Program-made: the position numbers and the translations under genes
Notes under the pieces: model-generated
Seen by the model: only the letters and a program-made list of their open reading frames with translations
The model's database searches: none
What the model was told of the DNA's origin: nothing
Source of the DNA: Mobula hypostoma
Lineage: Eukaryota
Assembly (NCBI RefSeq): GCF_963921235.1
Contig: NC_086109.1
Span: 868,001 to 932,000 of the forward strand
DNA: 64,000 nt
Direction of reading: 5' to 3'
In this document: positions 37,300-49,939 of the stretch, in pieces
Layout: each line of letters opens with the position of its first letter
Numbering within the stretch: the first letter of the stretch is position 1

Positions 37300-39210
37300 G
37301 TTGGGTCAAAGAAATGATGGATGAACTGAATAAGTACTTTGTATCAGTCTTCACAGTGGAAGACACTAGCAGTATGGTGGAAGTTTAAGATGTCAGGGGT
37401 CATGAAGTGTGTGAAGTTACCATCACTAACTGAAGGTTCTTGGGAAAATGAATGGTCTGAAGGTAGATAAGTCACCTGGACCAGATGGTGGACACCCCAG
37501 GGTTCTGAAAGAGGTGGCTGAAGAGATTGTGGAGGTTTTAGTAATGATCTTTTAAGAATCAACAGATTCTGGAATGTTTCCGGAAGACTGTAAAATAGCA
37601 AATCCCACTCCACTCTTAAAGAAAGGAGAGAGACAGAAGAAAGTTAGTCTGACCTCAGTGGGAAGATAGGTGAATCAATTGTTGAGGATGAAGTCTCAGG
37701 TACTTGGAGGCACATGATAAAATAGGCCCTAGTCAGCATGGTTTTCTCAAGGGAAAAACTTGCCTGCCAAATCTGTTGGAATTCTTTGAGGAATTAACAA
37801 GTCACATAGACAAAGGAGAATCGTTGGATGTTGTGTACTTGGATTTTCAGAAGGCCTTTGACAAGGTGCCACACACAAGGCTACTTAACAAGCTACGAGC
37901 CCATGGTATTACAGAAAAGATTCTAGCATGGATAAAGTTGTTTGATTGATAGGAGGCAAAGAGTGGGAATAAAGGGAGCTTTTTCTGGTTGGCTGCCGGT
38001 GACTAGCGGTATCCCACAGGAAACACACACAAAATGCTGGAGGAAATCAGCAGCCAGGCAGCATCTATGGAAAACAGTACAGTCAACATTTCGGGCTGAG
38101 ACCTTTTATCTAGGCCCGAAATGTCGACTGTACTTTTTTCCATGGATGCTGACCGGCCTGCTGAGTTTCTCCGGCATTTTGTATGTGTTGCTTGGATTTC
38201 CAGTTTGTGCAAGTTTCCTGTTCCACAGGGGCCTGTGTTGGAACCGATTTTTTTAATGTTATACGTCAATGATTTGGATGATGGAATTGATGGTTTGGTG
38301 CAAAGTTCACAGAGAATATGGATAAGTGGAGGGGTAGGTAGTTTTGAGGAAGTAGAGAGGCTACAGAAGGACTTAGACAGATTAGGAGAATGGGCAAAGA
38401 AATGTCAGATGGAATAGAGTGTTAGGAAGTGTATGGCCATGCACTTTGGTAGAATAAATTACAGGGGTGACTATTTTCTAAATGGAGAGAAAATACAAAA
38501 AGATGGACTTGAGATAATTCCTTAAAGGTTAATTTGCGGGCTGAGTCTGTGATGAAGAAGGCAAATGCAATGTTAGCATTCATTTCAAGAGGACTAGAAT
38601 ATAAAAGCGAGGATGTAATGTTGAGACTTTACAAAGCACTGGTGAGGCCTCACTTGGAATGTTGTGAGCAGTTTTGGGCCCCCTATTTTAGAAAGGATGT
38701 GTTGAAAGTGGAGAGGGTCAAAGGAGGTTCACAAAAATGATTCCAGGATTGAATGGCTTGTCATATGAAGGGCGTTTAAAGGCTCTGGGCTTGTATTCAC
38801 TAGAATTCAGACAAATGAGGGATGACTCTATTAAAACCAATCAAATCGCGAAAATCCTTAATAGAGAGGATGTGGAGAGGATGTTTCCAATGGTGGGAGA
38901 GACTAAGACCAGAGGACACATCCTCAGAATAGAAGGGCATCCTTTTAGAATGGAGATTGGGAGGAATCTCTTTCACCGGAGAATGGTGAGTCTGTGCAAT
39001 TCTTTGCCACAAGCAGCTGTGGAGGCAAAGTCTTTATGTATATTTAAGGCAGAGGTTGATAGATTCTTGATTGTTCGGGGCATGAAGGGATACAGGGAGA
39101 AAACAGGAGATTGGGGCTGAGAGAAAAATTGGATCTGACATGGTGAAATGGCAGAGCAGACTCGATGGGCCAAATGGCCTAATTCTGCTCTGTAACTTAT
39201 GCTCTTATGG
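37300..39210 (+). mobile_element. CR1 ORF2 3' half, decayed
   Basis: SQHGFLKGKTCL, YLDFQKAFDKVPH, LVRPHLECCEQFWAP, plus a tail. Confidence 0.9.
38021..38218. mobile_element. Penelope pLTR-derived fold-back mini-element
   Basis: Inverted arms acacacaaaatgctggaggaa / ttctccggcattttgtatgtgt; duplicated t(c/t)ccacagg flank; centre made of two fused half-hammerheads. Confidence 0.8.
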
Positions 39211-39519
39211 GTAACCAGATGGATGCGGGGAGGGTATTTTACCTGGCAGGGGTGCTTAGAACCACAGGTCACAGACTCAGAATTAGTGTTTCCCCATTCA
39301 GGGTGGAATGGGGAGAAATTTCTTCTCCAGAGAGGTCACAGTTTTTGCTCATTGAGGCCAGTGTGTTATAGTCATTACTACAGTTGGAAGCTCCCACCTA
39401 CTTCATTAGGGCAACAATCATACAGTGCCCATGAAGAGTAGAGTGAGTTGCCATAATAACTATCGTTCAGTGGCATTCACATTTGTGGTGATGCAGTGCT
39501 TTAAGAGGTTGGTTATGGC

Positions 39520-40615
39520 TGCAATCAACTCCTGCTGTTTATTGACTACAAATCAGTGCTTAATACAATCATTCCTACAGTTCTGATCAAGAAAGCTCCA
39601 AAATCCGGGCCCCTGTACTTCCCTCTGCAACTTGATCCTCAACTTCCTCACCGGAAGACCACAGTCTGCGCTGATTGGAAATAACATCTCCACCTTGCTG
39701 ATAATCAACACTGCCGCACCTCAAAGATATGTTCTTAGTCTAGTACTCTATCTGTCTATACCCATGACTGTGTAGCGAGGCACAGCTCAGGTGCCATCCA
39801 TAAATTTGCAAATGATACAACTATTGTTCACACAATTTCAGATGGTGACAAGAAGGCATACAGGAACAAGATAGATCAGCTGGTTGAGTGGTGTCACAGC
39901 AACAACCTTGCACTCAGTATCAGTAAGACTGAAGAATTGATTGTGGACTTCAGAAAGATAAGACGTGGGAACACATAGCTGTCCTCATCGAGGGATCTGA
40001 AGTGGAAAGGTGAGCAATTTCAAGTTCCTGAGTGTCAACATCCCTGAGGACCTAACGTATTGATGCATCTCAAAGAAGGCACAACAATGGCTATATTTTG
40101 TTAGGCATTTGAGAAGATTTGGTATGACACAAGGCACTCGCAAATTTCTACAGATGTACCATAAAGAGCATTCTAACTGGGTGAATCCCTGTCTGGAATG
40201 GGAAAGGGGCACTGCACAGGATCGAAATAAGCTGCAAGAATTGTAAACTCACTCAACTCCATCATGAGCACCAGCATCCTCAGCATCCAGGACATTTTTA
40301 AGGAGCAAAGCCTTAAAAAGATGGCATCCATTGTTAAAGACCCACATCACCCAGGACATATCCTCTTCTCATTGTTGTCATCAGGGAAGAGTACAGAAGC
40401 CTGAATGATCACACTCACAAATTCAGGAACAGCTTCTTCCCCTCTGCCATCTGATTACTATGAACAATATCTCACTGTTTTTTTTTCTCTTTTTGCACTA
40501 TTTATGTGTTACATATTTTTATTGTAATTTACAATTCATTATTATGCATTGTAATGTACTACTGCCGCATAACAAATTTCATGACATATGCCAGTGATAA
40601 ACTTGACTTTGGTTC
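39520..40615 (+). mobile_element. Rex1/Babar-type element 3' portion
   Basis: [15 protein letters not shown] start, WCHSNNLAL..KTEELIVDFR, SIVKDPHHPGH, and a 3' UTR ending directly at the CpG island. Confidence 0.8.
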
Positions 40616-40629
40616 TAAAATAATGTATT

Positions 40630-41130
40630 CGTGCCTGTGACGTATAACAGGTTGACGCAGAGTGACGTTAGCCGCAGAGAACGTCTGACGTCATGGGAAC
40701 GAGTTGACGCCGACGCGGGGTGCGCGCAGTGCAGGATGGCGGTTTCCACTGCGGTGCTATTGGTAGCTGACGGTGGGAGAACAGCGGGGCTCCCCGGGGT
40801 ATAGGTTGGAGGAATCATCGGACAGACCGGAAATCGGCGCTGTCCGCTCCGTTACGGTGCGAGCCGATGGGCAATGGCACGAGCACCGAGCGGCGGCTTC
40901 GCAACCCCGGCAGCTTCGAACGGCTTCACAGGCGTTGCAAGGGTGAGGGACCGAGCGCGTGACGTCATGTGGGCGGGTAGTGGTAACCATGGCAACTGAA
41001 AGGGACTGGGCGCAGGGAACCTGGTGGCGTGGCTTTTGTCTGTGTTGGGATGGGGCTTGAGGAACAGTGACCGACCTCTCAATCGGTCATGGGTTGTGGT
41101 CATTCACGTGTCCGTGTCCTGGGGTCTGTG
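40630..41130 (+). promoter_or_regulatory. CpG-island promoter of the TOM40-family gene
   Basis: Abrupt CpG enrichment in otherwise CpG-poor DNA. Perfect CRE TGACGTCA at 40686-40693 and 40960-40967; further TGACG half sites; ETS-like CCGGAA near 40827; YY1-like GATGGCGG near 40735; GC box at 40971; X-box-like GTAACCATGGCAAC at 40983-40996. Confidence 0.85.
40867..40942 (+). CDS. TOMM40L: Mitochondrial import channel TOM40-family protein (TOM40B-like), first coding exon
   Basis: ATG at 40867 gives MGNGTSTERRLRNPGSFERLHRRCK plus G, then donor aagg|GTGAGG (40943). The MGN start and L-x-NPG-[ST]-F-E-x-x-H-R-x-C-K motif are typical of the TOM40 family. The short N-terminus and NPGSF..LHR favour TOMM40L over TOMM40. 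An in-frame stop at 40768 and no in-frame ATG between it and 40867 support this start. No exon 2 was found in the window. Confidence 0.85.
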
Positions 41131-41529
41131 TAACTTGTTGTTCGTGTCCTAAGGTCTTGTCTTAATGTGGGGGCCCAAGTCCATGTTACAGCGTCTGTGT
41201 CCTGTGGTAGGGACCTTGTTCCACGGTGGAGTCAAGTCTGTCGGTGGTCCCGGAATGCGTCATGGGATCAGTTTCTCAGCGGTTGATGTGCGGGGGAGGG
41301 GGGGGTGATGCCAAGCCCCTTGATAGTGGGTATTTAATGCTTGCTTCCATTCATTCCATCTCCCTTAACCAGGCCCATTCTGACGGGTTACATAGTTCTT
41401 GTTATTGGCATCTGGAGCATTTTGGGATGACTCAATCTGTTAGTTGTAGTGTAGTTCCAGGAAGGCACAGAGTAGGTCTGCAGAATTGAGTTAGACAGAA
41501 GCCTGCAAAAATTATTTTTTTTAAATTCA

Positions 41530-41790
41530 AAAATTATTGTGATGCAATGTGGCATAGGCTGTTCTGGTACTTCGAGCCATGTTGCCCAGCAACCCCAATT
41601 TTAACCCCGTACAATTTACAATGACCAATTAACCTACTAACCAGTACGCTTTTGGAAAGTGGGAGGAAATCGGAGAACCTGTAGAAAACCCATGCATTCC
41701 ACTGGGAGGATGTACAAACTCCTTACAGATGACACCAGGATTGAACTACAAACTCTCACACCCATGCTGTCATAATGCTAACTGCCCATT
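41530..41790 (-). mobile_element. V-SINE/HE1-like SINE
   Basis: The minus strand reads tRNA-like head (GTTCAATCC), V-domain-like segment and CR1-type tail. Confidence 0.6.
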
Positions 41791-42353
41791 GGGCTAGGAT
41801 GTTTGCAGACAAATGGATCTGTGATAAGTGAGAATTTTTAAAAGTAAGATAACAAGAGCTCAAGAACTGCATGTTCCTGTTAGAGTTGAGGGCAAAACTG
41901 CTGGGAGACTGGAGACTCTGGACGTCAAGGATATTGTAACTTCTGTCAGGAAAGGGAAGAGGTTTGGGTCAGATATGTACATTCAAACTGAATCACTGGA
42001 GCTAAAGAGAATGCAGTGTATTCAGGGTGGTAAAGAAGGTGAATGGAATGCGTGCCTTCATTGGTTGGGAAGCTCAGAACAACAATCGTGCTGTAGCTAT
42101 ATAAAACTTAAGTCAGACCACACTTGCAGTATTGAATCTAAATCAGGTTTATTATCACTGATACATTTAATGAAATTTGCTGTTTTGCAGCAGCAGTACA
42201 ATGCAGAAAGAGAGAAAAATAATGAGATAATGTCCATGGGTAGATCAAACCTAAAATGCTATTGTGTGTATTCAGGCACTTGTACTTCCTGATGGTAGTA
42301 ATGAAGACATGTCCTGGATAGTGAGGTCCTTTAATGATAGATGCTTTTTTGCT

Positions 42354-42735
42354 TGTGTTCCATACAAACAACAGACAACTCAGAGTGGATCAAGCATAAG
42401 TGCATTTATTTTACTCACAGCTAAGGGAGACCATCACCGCACAACCGCAGGTGATAGCAACCATAAAAACAGACAGTATAGTCACTACTTTATACATAAT
42501 TGCAGCCACCCACACCTCAATTTAAGGAAAGGGTACATACTGTCTTGCTTACTTAGTATACTTGGCATTCTTCCAGTAACACATCTGCTGGTCTGCAGTT
42601 TCAGGGATTCAAGTTCTATCAGCATAATGTTGCACAACACTATTAGCAAAGCACTCTGCTACAATACAGGTTCCGTGTTGTTACAGTCAAAAATGCACAA
42701 GTGGGTAAACTACATTTCCACATTCCCTCCTTTTT
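42354..42735 (-). mobile_element. Retroviral-type 3' LTR (~369 bp) preceded by a polypurine tract
   Basis: On the minus strand: AAAAAGGAGGGAA (42735-42723), then TGTG...CACA (42722-42354) with TATAAA near 42490 and AATAAA at 42410-42405. Confidence 0.7.
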
Positions 42736-42839
42736 GTCATTTCATGAGAACATTACATAATCACCAAATACAACAATTGAAATGTGTGTGTGTGTATGTA
42801 TATATGTGCGTGCCAAGAAGAAAAAGGGAAAGTATATAA

Positions 42840-44815
42840 ATCTTCAGAAGTTATGACCAAACAAAGCACAAGAAGATTATATAAAGAAGCCGGAAAACAA
42901 CTCAAGGGAATGAGGAAAGCGAGGATGGGCCATGAAAAGTCTTTGGCAAGTATGATTAAGATGAATACCAAGACTTTCCATCTAAACATCAAAACCTAGA
43001 GGATTACTAGGAAGAGGATAGGACTACTTAAGGATAAAGAAGGGAACATTTGCTTGGCTGTGGAGGACCGGACTGTATAAATATGTTAGGGCGTTTAGAG
43101 GTCAAGGAGGAGGAAGTAGAAAACCTACAGCACAATACAGGCCCTTCGGCCCACAATGCTGTGCCGAACATGAACTTAAATTACCTGGGGTTACCCGTAG
43201 CCCTCTATTTTTCTAAGCTTCATGTACCTATCCAGGAGTCTCTTAAGAGACCCTATCATATCCGCCTCCACCACTGTTGCTGGCAGCCCATTCCAAGTGT
43301 TGGGTCTTCTAATGAGTAATAATGTTGATGTCACCAGGCCCTGATGAGATTTACCCCAGGTTATTGAGGGAGGCAAGAGACGAGATTGCTGGGGCCTTGC
43401 AGTATCTTTGTGCCTTTTCTTGGCACAGGCAAGGTCCTAGAGGACTGGCGAGTTGCTTAATGTTGTACCTCTATTTAAAATGGGAACCAGAGAAACTCCT
43501 GGAAACATGAGACCGCTGAGCTCAATTCAGGGAAATTACTGGAGAAAATTCTTATGGGTAGAATTGATGAGCATTTGGAAGCCCATGACAGAATTAGGGA
43601 GAGCCAGCGTAGCTTTGTGCGCTGCAAGTTGTGTCTTACCAACTTCACTTGAGTTTTTTGACAGCGACAAGAGAGATTGATAAAGGTAGAGCAGTGGAAG
43701 TTGTCTGCATGGATTTTAGTAAGGCTTTGACAAAGTCCTTCATGGGAGGCTAATCCAGAAGATTAAGATGTGTGGGCCCTGTGGCGAATTGGCTATTTGG
43801 ATTCAGAATTGGCTTGTGTATAGAAAACAGGCTAGTGGTTGAAGGGAATTATTTGAGCTAGAGGTCTGTAACCAGTGGTGTTCTGCAGGGATGTGTGCTG
43901 GGACCTCTGCTATTTGTGATGTACATAAATGGCCCAGATAAAAATGTAGGTAGATAAGTTTGCAGATAATACCAAGATTGGTGGAGTTGTGGATAGTGTA
44001 GAAGACTGGCAAAGTATGCAGCACGATATAGATCAGTTGCAGATATGGGCAGAGGAATGGCAGATGGATTTAATGCAGATAAATGTGAGGTGCTGCACCT
44101 CAGTAGCACAGATGCAAGGAGACACAGGCTGAGCAGAGAGATCTTGGGGTCCAATTTCATAGCTCCTTGAAAGCTATACAGGTCAATTGGGTGGTTAAGA
44201 AGGCTTAAGGAATGTTTGCTTTTATAAGTTGACTCACTGAGTTCATGTTGCAACTTTATAAAACTCCAGTTAGGCCACATCTGGAATATTGTATACATTT
44301 CTGGTTGCCGCACTGTAGGAAGGAAGTTGAGGCTTTGGGGAGGGTGCAGAAGAGGTTTACCAGGATGCTGCCTGGTTTAGAGGGTGCTGTCATGAGAGGC
44401 TAGTCAAACTTGGAACAGTAGAGACTGAGAGGGAATCTGATCGAGTTTTACAAGATTATGAGAGGCGTAGATACAGTAGATAGGGAGTATCTTTTACCCA
44501 GGGAAGAAATGTCTAATACCAGAGGGCATACATTGAAAGTGAGATGGGATAAATTCAAGGGGAATATGAGGGATAAGTTTTTTTACTCGAGTAGTGAATG
44601 CCTGAAATGCACTGCCTGGTGTATGGTGGTAGAGGCAAATACATTGGAGGTTTTTAAGAGATGTTTAGATAGGCACATGAATATAAGGAAGATGGAGGGA
44701 TATGGACATTATGTAGGTAGGGATTAGTTTTTGTTTTTTTTTAAATTTTCAGCTAATTTGGCACAATATACTGGTCTGGAGGGCCTGTTCCTGTGCTGTA
44801 CTGTTCTGTGTATTT
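42840..44815 (+). mobile_element. Decayed CR1 ORF2 with a small inverted CR1 tail insertion (43116-43295)
   Basis: SPGPDEIYPRLLREA, MDFSKA-like, SNTRGHTLKV, plus a tail. Confidence 0.85.
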
Positions 44816-45825
44816 AAAGCAATGATGCAGTTTCAATCCCCTATCCAAAACAACACACAAAATGCTGGAGGAATGCAACAGGCCAGGCAGCATCTATCAA
44901 AAAGGGGAAACAGTCAACATTTCAGGCCGAGACTCTTCGTCAGGACTGCAAAAATTCCCTTTTCATCCATCTACCTCACCGAGTACTCATTTCTTTGCAA
45001 ATTACCCTACTATTTAAGAAGGGTGGAAGGCAGCAGAAAGGAAACTATAGACCTGTTAGCCTGACATTAGTCATTGGGAAGTTGTTGGAATTGATTGTTA
45101 GTGGTGACATTATGGAGTACCTAGAGGCACATGACAAGATAGGCCAAAGGCAGCATGGTTTCCCGAAAGTAAAATCCTGCCTGACTAAACTACTGCAATT
45201 TTTTCAGGAAATTACAAGCAGGGTAGACAAAGGAGACGCAGTAGATGTGGTGTACTTGGATTTTCAGAAGGCCTTTGACGAAGTGCTGCACATGAGATTG
45301 CATAGCAAAATAAGAGCCCATCGAATTACAGGGAAGTTACTAGCATGAGCATGGGTGGAGCATTGGCTGGTTTGAAGGAGACAGCGAGTGGGAATGAAAG
45401 GATCCTTTTTTTGGTTGGCTGCCAGTGACTAGTAGTGTTCCGCTGGGGTCAGTGTTGGAACCTCTTTTTATGCTGTATATCAGTGATTTAAATGGTGGAA
45501 TAGATGGCCTTGTTGCAGTTGCAGATGATACAAGTATTGGTGGAGGGGCGGATAGTGTTGAGGAAATAGGTAGGCTACAGAAGGACTTAGACAGATTAGG
45601 AGAATGGGCAAGAGAGTGGCAAATAAAATATAGTCTTGGAAAATGCATGGTCATGCACTTTCGTGGTAGAAATAAGTGTGCAGACTATTTTCTAAATGGG
45701 GAGAAAATCCAAAAATCTGAAATGCAAAGTGTCTTGGGAGTCTTGTGCAGGACACTCTAAAGGTTAATTTGCAGGTTGAGTTGGTGGTGAGGAAGGCAAG
45801 TGCAATGTTAGCATTCATTTCAAGA

Positions 45826-48636
45826 ACACACACAAAATACAGGAGGAACTCGGCGGTATAGGCAGCATCAATGGAAAAGAGTGTTGTCGATGTTTTGGGC
45901 TGAATCCCTTTGGCAGGACTGGAGAAAAAAAAAACTGAATGGATTTAAAAGGCGGGGAGAGAGAAACACAAGGTGATAGGTGAAACCTGAAGGGGGAGGG
46001 ATGAAGTAAAGTGCTTGGACGTTGATAAGCAAAAGTGACAGAAGGCCGTGGAAGAAAGAAAAGGGAGAAGAGCATCAGAGGGAGTCGATGGGCAGGCAAG
46101 GAGATAAGGTGAGAGAGGGAAAAGGGGATGGGAAATGGTGAAGTGGGGGTGGGGGACATTACCAGATGTTTGAGAAATCGCGGTTCATGCCATCAGGTTG
46201 GAGGCTACCCAAACGAAACATAAGGTGTTGTCCTGCAACCTAAGTGTGGTCTCATCATGATAGTGGAGGAGGCCATGGATAGACATATCGGAATGGGAAT
46301 GGAATATGGAATTAAAATGGGTGACCACTGGGAGATCCTGCTTGTTTTAACATAGAAATATAGAAAATAGGTGCAGGAGTAGGCCATTCGGCCCTTCGAG
46401 CCTGCACCGCCATTTATTATGATAATGGCTGATCATCCAACTCAGAACCCCGCCCCAGCCTTCCCTCCATACCCCCTGACCCCTGTAGCCACAAGGGCCA
46501 TATCTAACTCCCTCTTAAACATAGCCAATGAACTGGCCTCAACAGTTTCCTGTGGCAGAGAATTCCACAGATTCACCACTCTCTGTGTGAAGAAGTTTTT
46601 CCTAATCTCGGTCCTAAAAGGCTTCCCCTCTATCCTCAAACTGTGACCCCTCGTTCTGGACCTCCCCAACATCGGGAATAATCTTCCTGCATCTAGCCTG
46701 TCCAATCCCTTTAGGATCTTATACTTTTCAATCAGATCCCCCCTCAATCTTCTAAATTCCAACGAGTACAAGCCCAGTTCATCCAGTCTTTCTTCATATG
46801 AAAGTCCTGCCATCCCAGGAATCAATCTGGTGAACCTTCTTTGTACTCCCTCTATGGCAAAGATGTCTTTCCTCAGGTTAGGAGACCAAAACTGCACGCA
46901 ATACTCCAGGTGTGGTCTCACCAAGGCCTTGTACAACTGCAGTAGTACCTCCCTGCTCCTGTACTCGAATCCTCTCGCTATAAATGCCAGCATACCATTC
47001 GCCTTTTTCACCGCCTGCTGTACCTGCATGCCCACTTTCAATGACTGGTGTATAATGACACCCAGATCTCGTTGCACCTCCCCTTTTCCTAATCGGCCAC
47101 CATTCAGATAATAATCTGTTTTCCTATTTTTGCCACCAAAGTGGATAACTTCACATTTATCCACATTAAATTGCATCTGCCATGAGTTTGCCCACTCACC
47201 CAACCTATCCAAGTCACCCTGCATCCTCCTCACTGCTAACACTGCCACCCAGCTTCGTGTCATCCGCAAACTTGGAGATGCTGCATTTAATTCCCTCATC
47301 CAAGTCATTAATATATATTGTAAACAACTGGGGTCCCAGCACTGAGCCTTGCGGGTACCCCACTAGTCATCGCCTGCCATTCTGAAAAGGTCCCGTTTAT
47401 TCCCACTCTTTGCTTCCTGTCTGCTAACCAATTCTCCACTCACACCAATACCTTACCCCCAATACCGTGTGCTTTAAGTTTGCACACTAATCTCCTGTGT
47501 GGGACCTTGTCAAAAGCCTTTTGAAAATCCAAATATACCACATCCACTGGTTCTCCCCTATCCACTCTACTAGTTACATCCTCAAAAAATTCTATGAGAT
47601 TCGTCAGACATGATTTTCCTTTCACAAATCCATGCTGACTTTGTCCGATCATTTCACCGCTTTCCAAATGTGCTGTTATCACATCCTTGATAACTGACTC
47701 CAGCAGTTTCCCCACCACCGACGTTAGGCTAACCGGTCTATAATTCCCCGGTTTCTCTCTCCCTCCTTTTTTAAAAAGTGGGGTTACATTAGCCACCCTC
47801 CAATCCTCAGGAACTAGTCCAGAATCTAACGAGTTTTGAAAAATTATCACTAATGCATCCACTATTTCTTGGGCTACTTCCTTAAGCACTTTTAGCGGAT
47901 GGAGCATAGGTGCTCAGCGAAACGGTCTCCCAGTCTACATTGGGTCTCACCGATATACAGGACGCCACACCAAGAGGACCAGACACAGTATATGACCCCA
48001 ACAGACTCACAGGTGAAGTGTCACCTCAACTGGAAGGACTATTTAGGGCCCTGAGTGGTACTGAGGGAGGAGGTGTAGGGGCAGGTGCAACGCTTGTTCC
48101 ATTTGCAAGGATAAGTGCCAGGAGGGGAAACAGTGGGGAGGGATGAATGGACAAGGGAGTTCTCGTAGGGAGTCATCCCTGCAGAAAGCAGAAAGTAGTT
48201 GGGGGGGGGGGAGAGATGTGCTTGATGCTGGGATACCGTTGGAGCTGGCGGATAATTTGGAGAATTATGTGCTGGACGCAGAGACTGGTGGGGTGAGGAC
48301 AAGAGGTATCCTATCTCTGGTAGGGTGGCAGGAGGATGGGGTAAGAGCAGACGTGGCTCTTCTTGAATGGTGCTCCTCCCCCTTTTCTTTCTTCCACGGC
48401 CTTCCGTCTCTTTCACCTATCAACGTCCAAGCACTTCATCCCTCCCCCTTCAGGTTTCACCTATCACCTTATGTTTATCTCTCCCTCCCCCCACCTTTTA
48501 AATCTACTCTTCAGCTTTTTTTGTCCAATCCTGCCGAAGGGTTTCGGTCCGAAACACCAACAACACTCTTTTCCATAGATGCTGCCTGGTATTGCTTGGA
48601 TTTCCAGCTTCTGCAGATTTTCTCTTGTTTGTGATT
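45826..48636 (-). mobile_element. Penelope-like element (GIY-YIG region with inverted pLTR) split by a CR1
   Basis: Homologous to 35986-37170 in reverse (TYPCKWNKRCTCPYTSSL); flanks ttcatttcaaga / ttcacttcagga look like an aged TSD. Confidence 0.85.
46350..47890 (-). mobile_element. Young 5'-truncated CR1 (RT and 3' end)
   Basis: ORFs 47440-47907 and 46442-47308 carry canonical RT motifs with few lesions; (ttctat)-type tail. Confidence 0.93.
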
Positions 48637-49320
48637 GGTTCACTTCAGGAGGTCTAGAGTGCAAGAGCAGGGATGTGATACTGGGGCTTCATAAGGCACT
48701 TTATTGTGAACAGTTCTGGGCTCCTCATCTAAAAGATGTGCGGGCATTGGAGAGGGTTCAGAGGAGGTTCACAAGGATGATCCCGGAATGAAAAGGTTAT
48801 TATATGAGGAACGTTTGATGGCTGTAGGCCTGTACTTGCTGAAATCTAGAAGGATGAGGGGGGATCTCATTGGAACCTTTCGAATGTTGAAAGGCCTAGA
48901 CAGCTAGACAGAAAAGGGGTGGAAAGAATGTTTCCCATGGTGTAGGGAAGTCTAGGACAAGAGGGCACAGCCTCAGGATTGAGGGGTGTCCGTTTAAAAC
49001 AGAGATATGGAGAAATTTCGTTAGCCAGAGGGTGGTGAATTTATGAACTTGTTGCAGCTGCAGAGGCCAGGTCGTTGGGTATATTTAAGGCAGAGATTCA
49101 TAGGTTCTTGATTGGCTGTGGCATCAAAGGTTACAGGGAGAAGGCCGGGGAGTGGGGTTGAGGAGAGGGAATAAGGATCAGCCATGATTGAATGGCGAAG
49201 CAGACTCAATTAGCCAAATGTCTCAATTCTGCTCCTATGTCTTATGGTCAGTAGTCTCAGATTGAGAGGAGATTTGATGGAGGTAGCCATCAGTTCTGCC
49301 AATGACTTGGTTAATACTTA

Positions 49321-49600
49321 TTAGATTTGTTCAAGGGCATAGGCTGTCTCATTCGCTATTTTCTCCAAAGCCAATGCCATATTAATCTGTTCCCAGAACA
49401 GTCTAGCAGTCCCATAACCCAGAAAGGCATTTATCAAGAATCTCTCGCCTCCCTGTTATGGACCTCCGGTGCCGTAAAATCAGAGGATGGTGAAGTAGTG
49501 ACACAAAGAGTTGCATTTTCGGGACTCCGTGGGCACAGTAATAGCAGCCCTTCCGGGGCCATGGCTCTTTCCACTCCCCCTCATACTCGGGAGACATGCC
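49321..49600 (-). mobile_element. Endogenous retrovirus env remnant (SU/TM junction)
   Basis: GCYYCAHGVPKMQLFVSLLHHPLIL-RHRR|SITG, then after a 1-nt frameshift GERFLINAFLGYGTARLFWEQINMALALEKIANETAYALEQI*: furin site, fusion-peptide-like segment and heptad repeat. Confidence 0.7.
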
Positions 49601-49939
49601 TGCCAGCTATATACCCAATTCAGCGGATGGGAAGGAATGAGATTTGTCAGTTCCATACATGTACCTTTATTACTCCCCAGATAGCGGCCCTTACCCTTCC
49701 AGTTGCAGTAACATTAACTGATTAATGCTCTTTGCCACTGCACCAGACCATTTCTTGTGAGAAATCTGGTCCCCATATTTCTCTTGCTTAAGGGGGCGGG
49801 GAAATATGCCATCCATTAAAGCACTTTTAAGTGCAGTCAGTGCTGTTCTGTAACTGTTCAGGGTTTTCATTTCAGCTCCACTCATCTCCAAGTTATTCCT
49901 GATTACATACCCAAGAGTTTAAAAGGAGACACCTTATAA

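Larger units (their letters stand above)
44995..49250 (+). mobile_element. CR1 3' half (44995-45825 and 48640-49250) split by a Penelope insertion
   Basis: NYRPVSLTLV, YLDFQKAFD, DLDRLGEWA; the reading resumes at ..SGGLECKSRDVIL after the insert. Confidence 0.85.

Noticed and set aside
40615..41103. Minus-strand ORFs in the CpG island as a bidirectional partner gene
   Set aside because: No recognisable protein or convincing exon structure; GC-rich DNA readily gives short open frames
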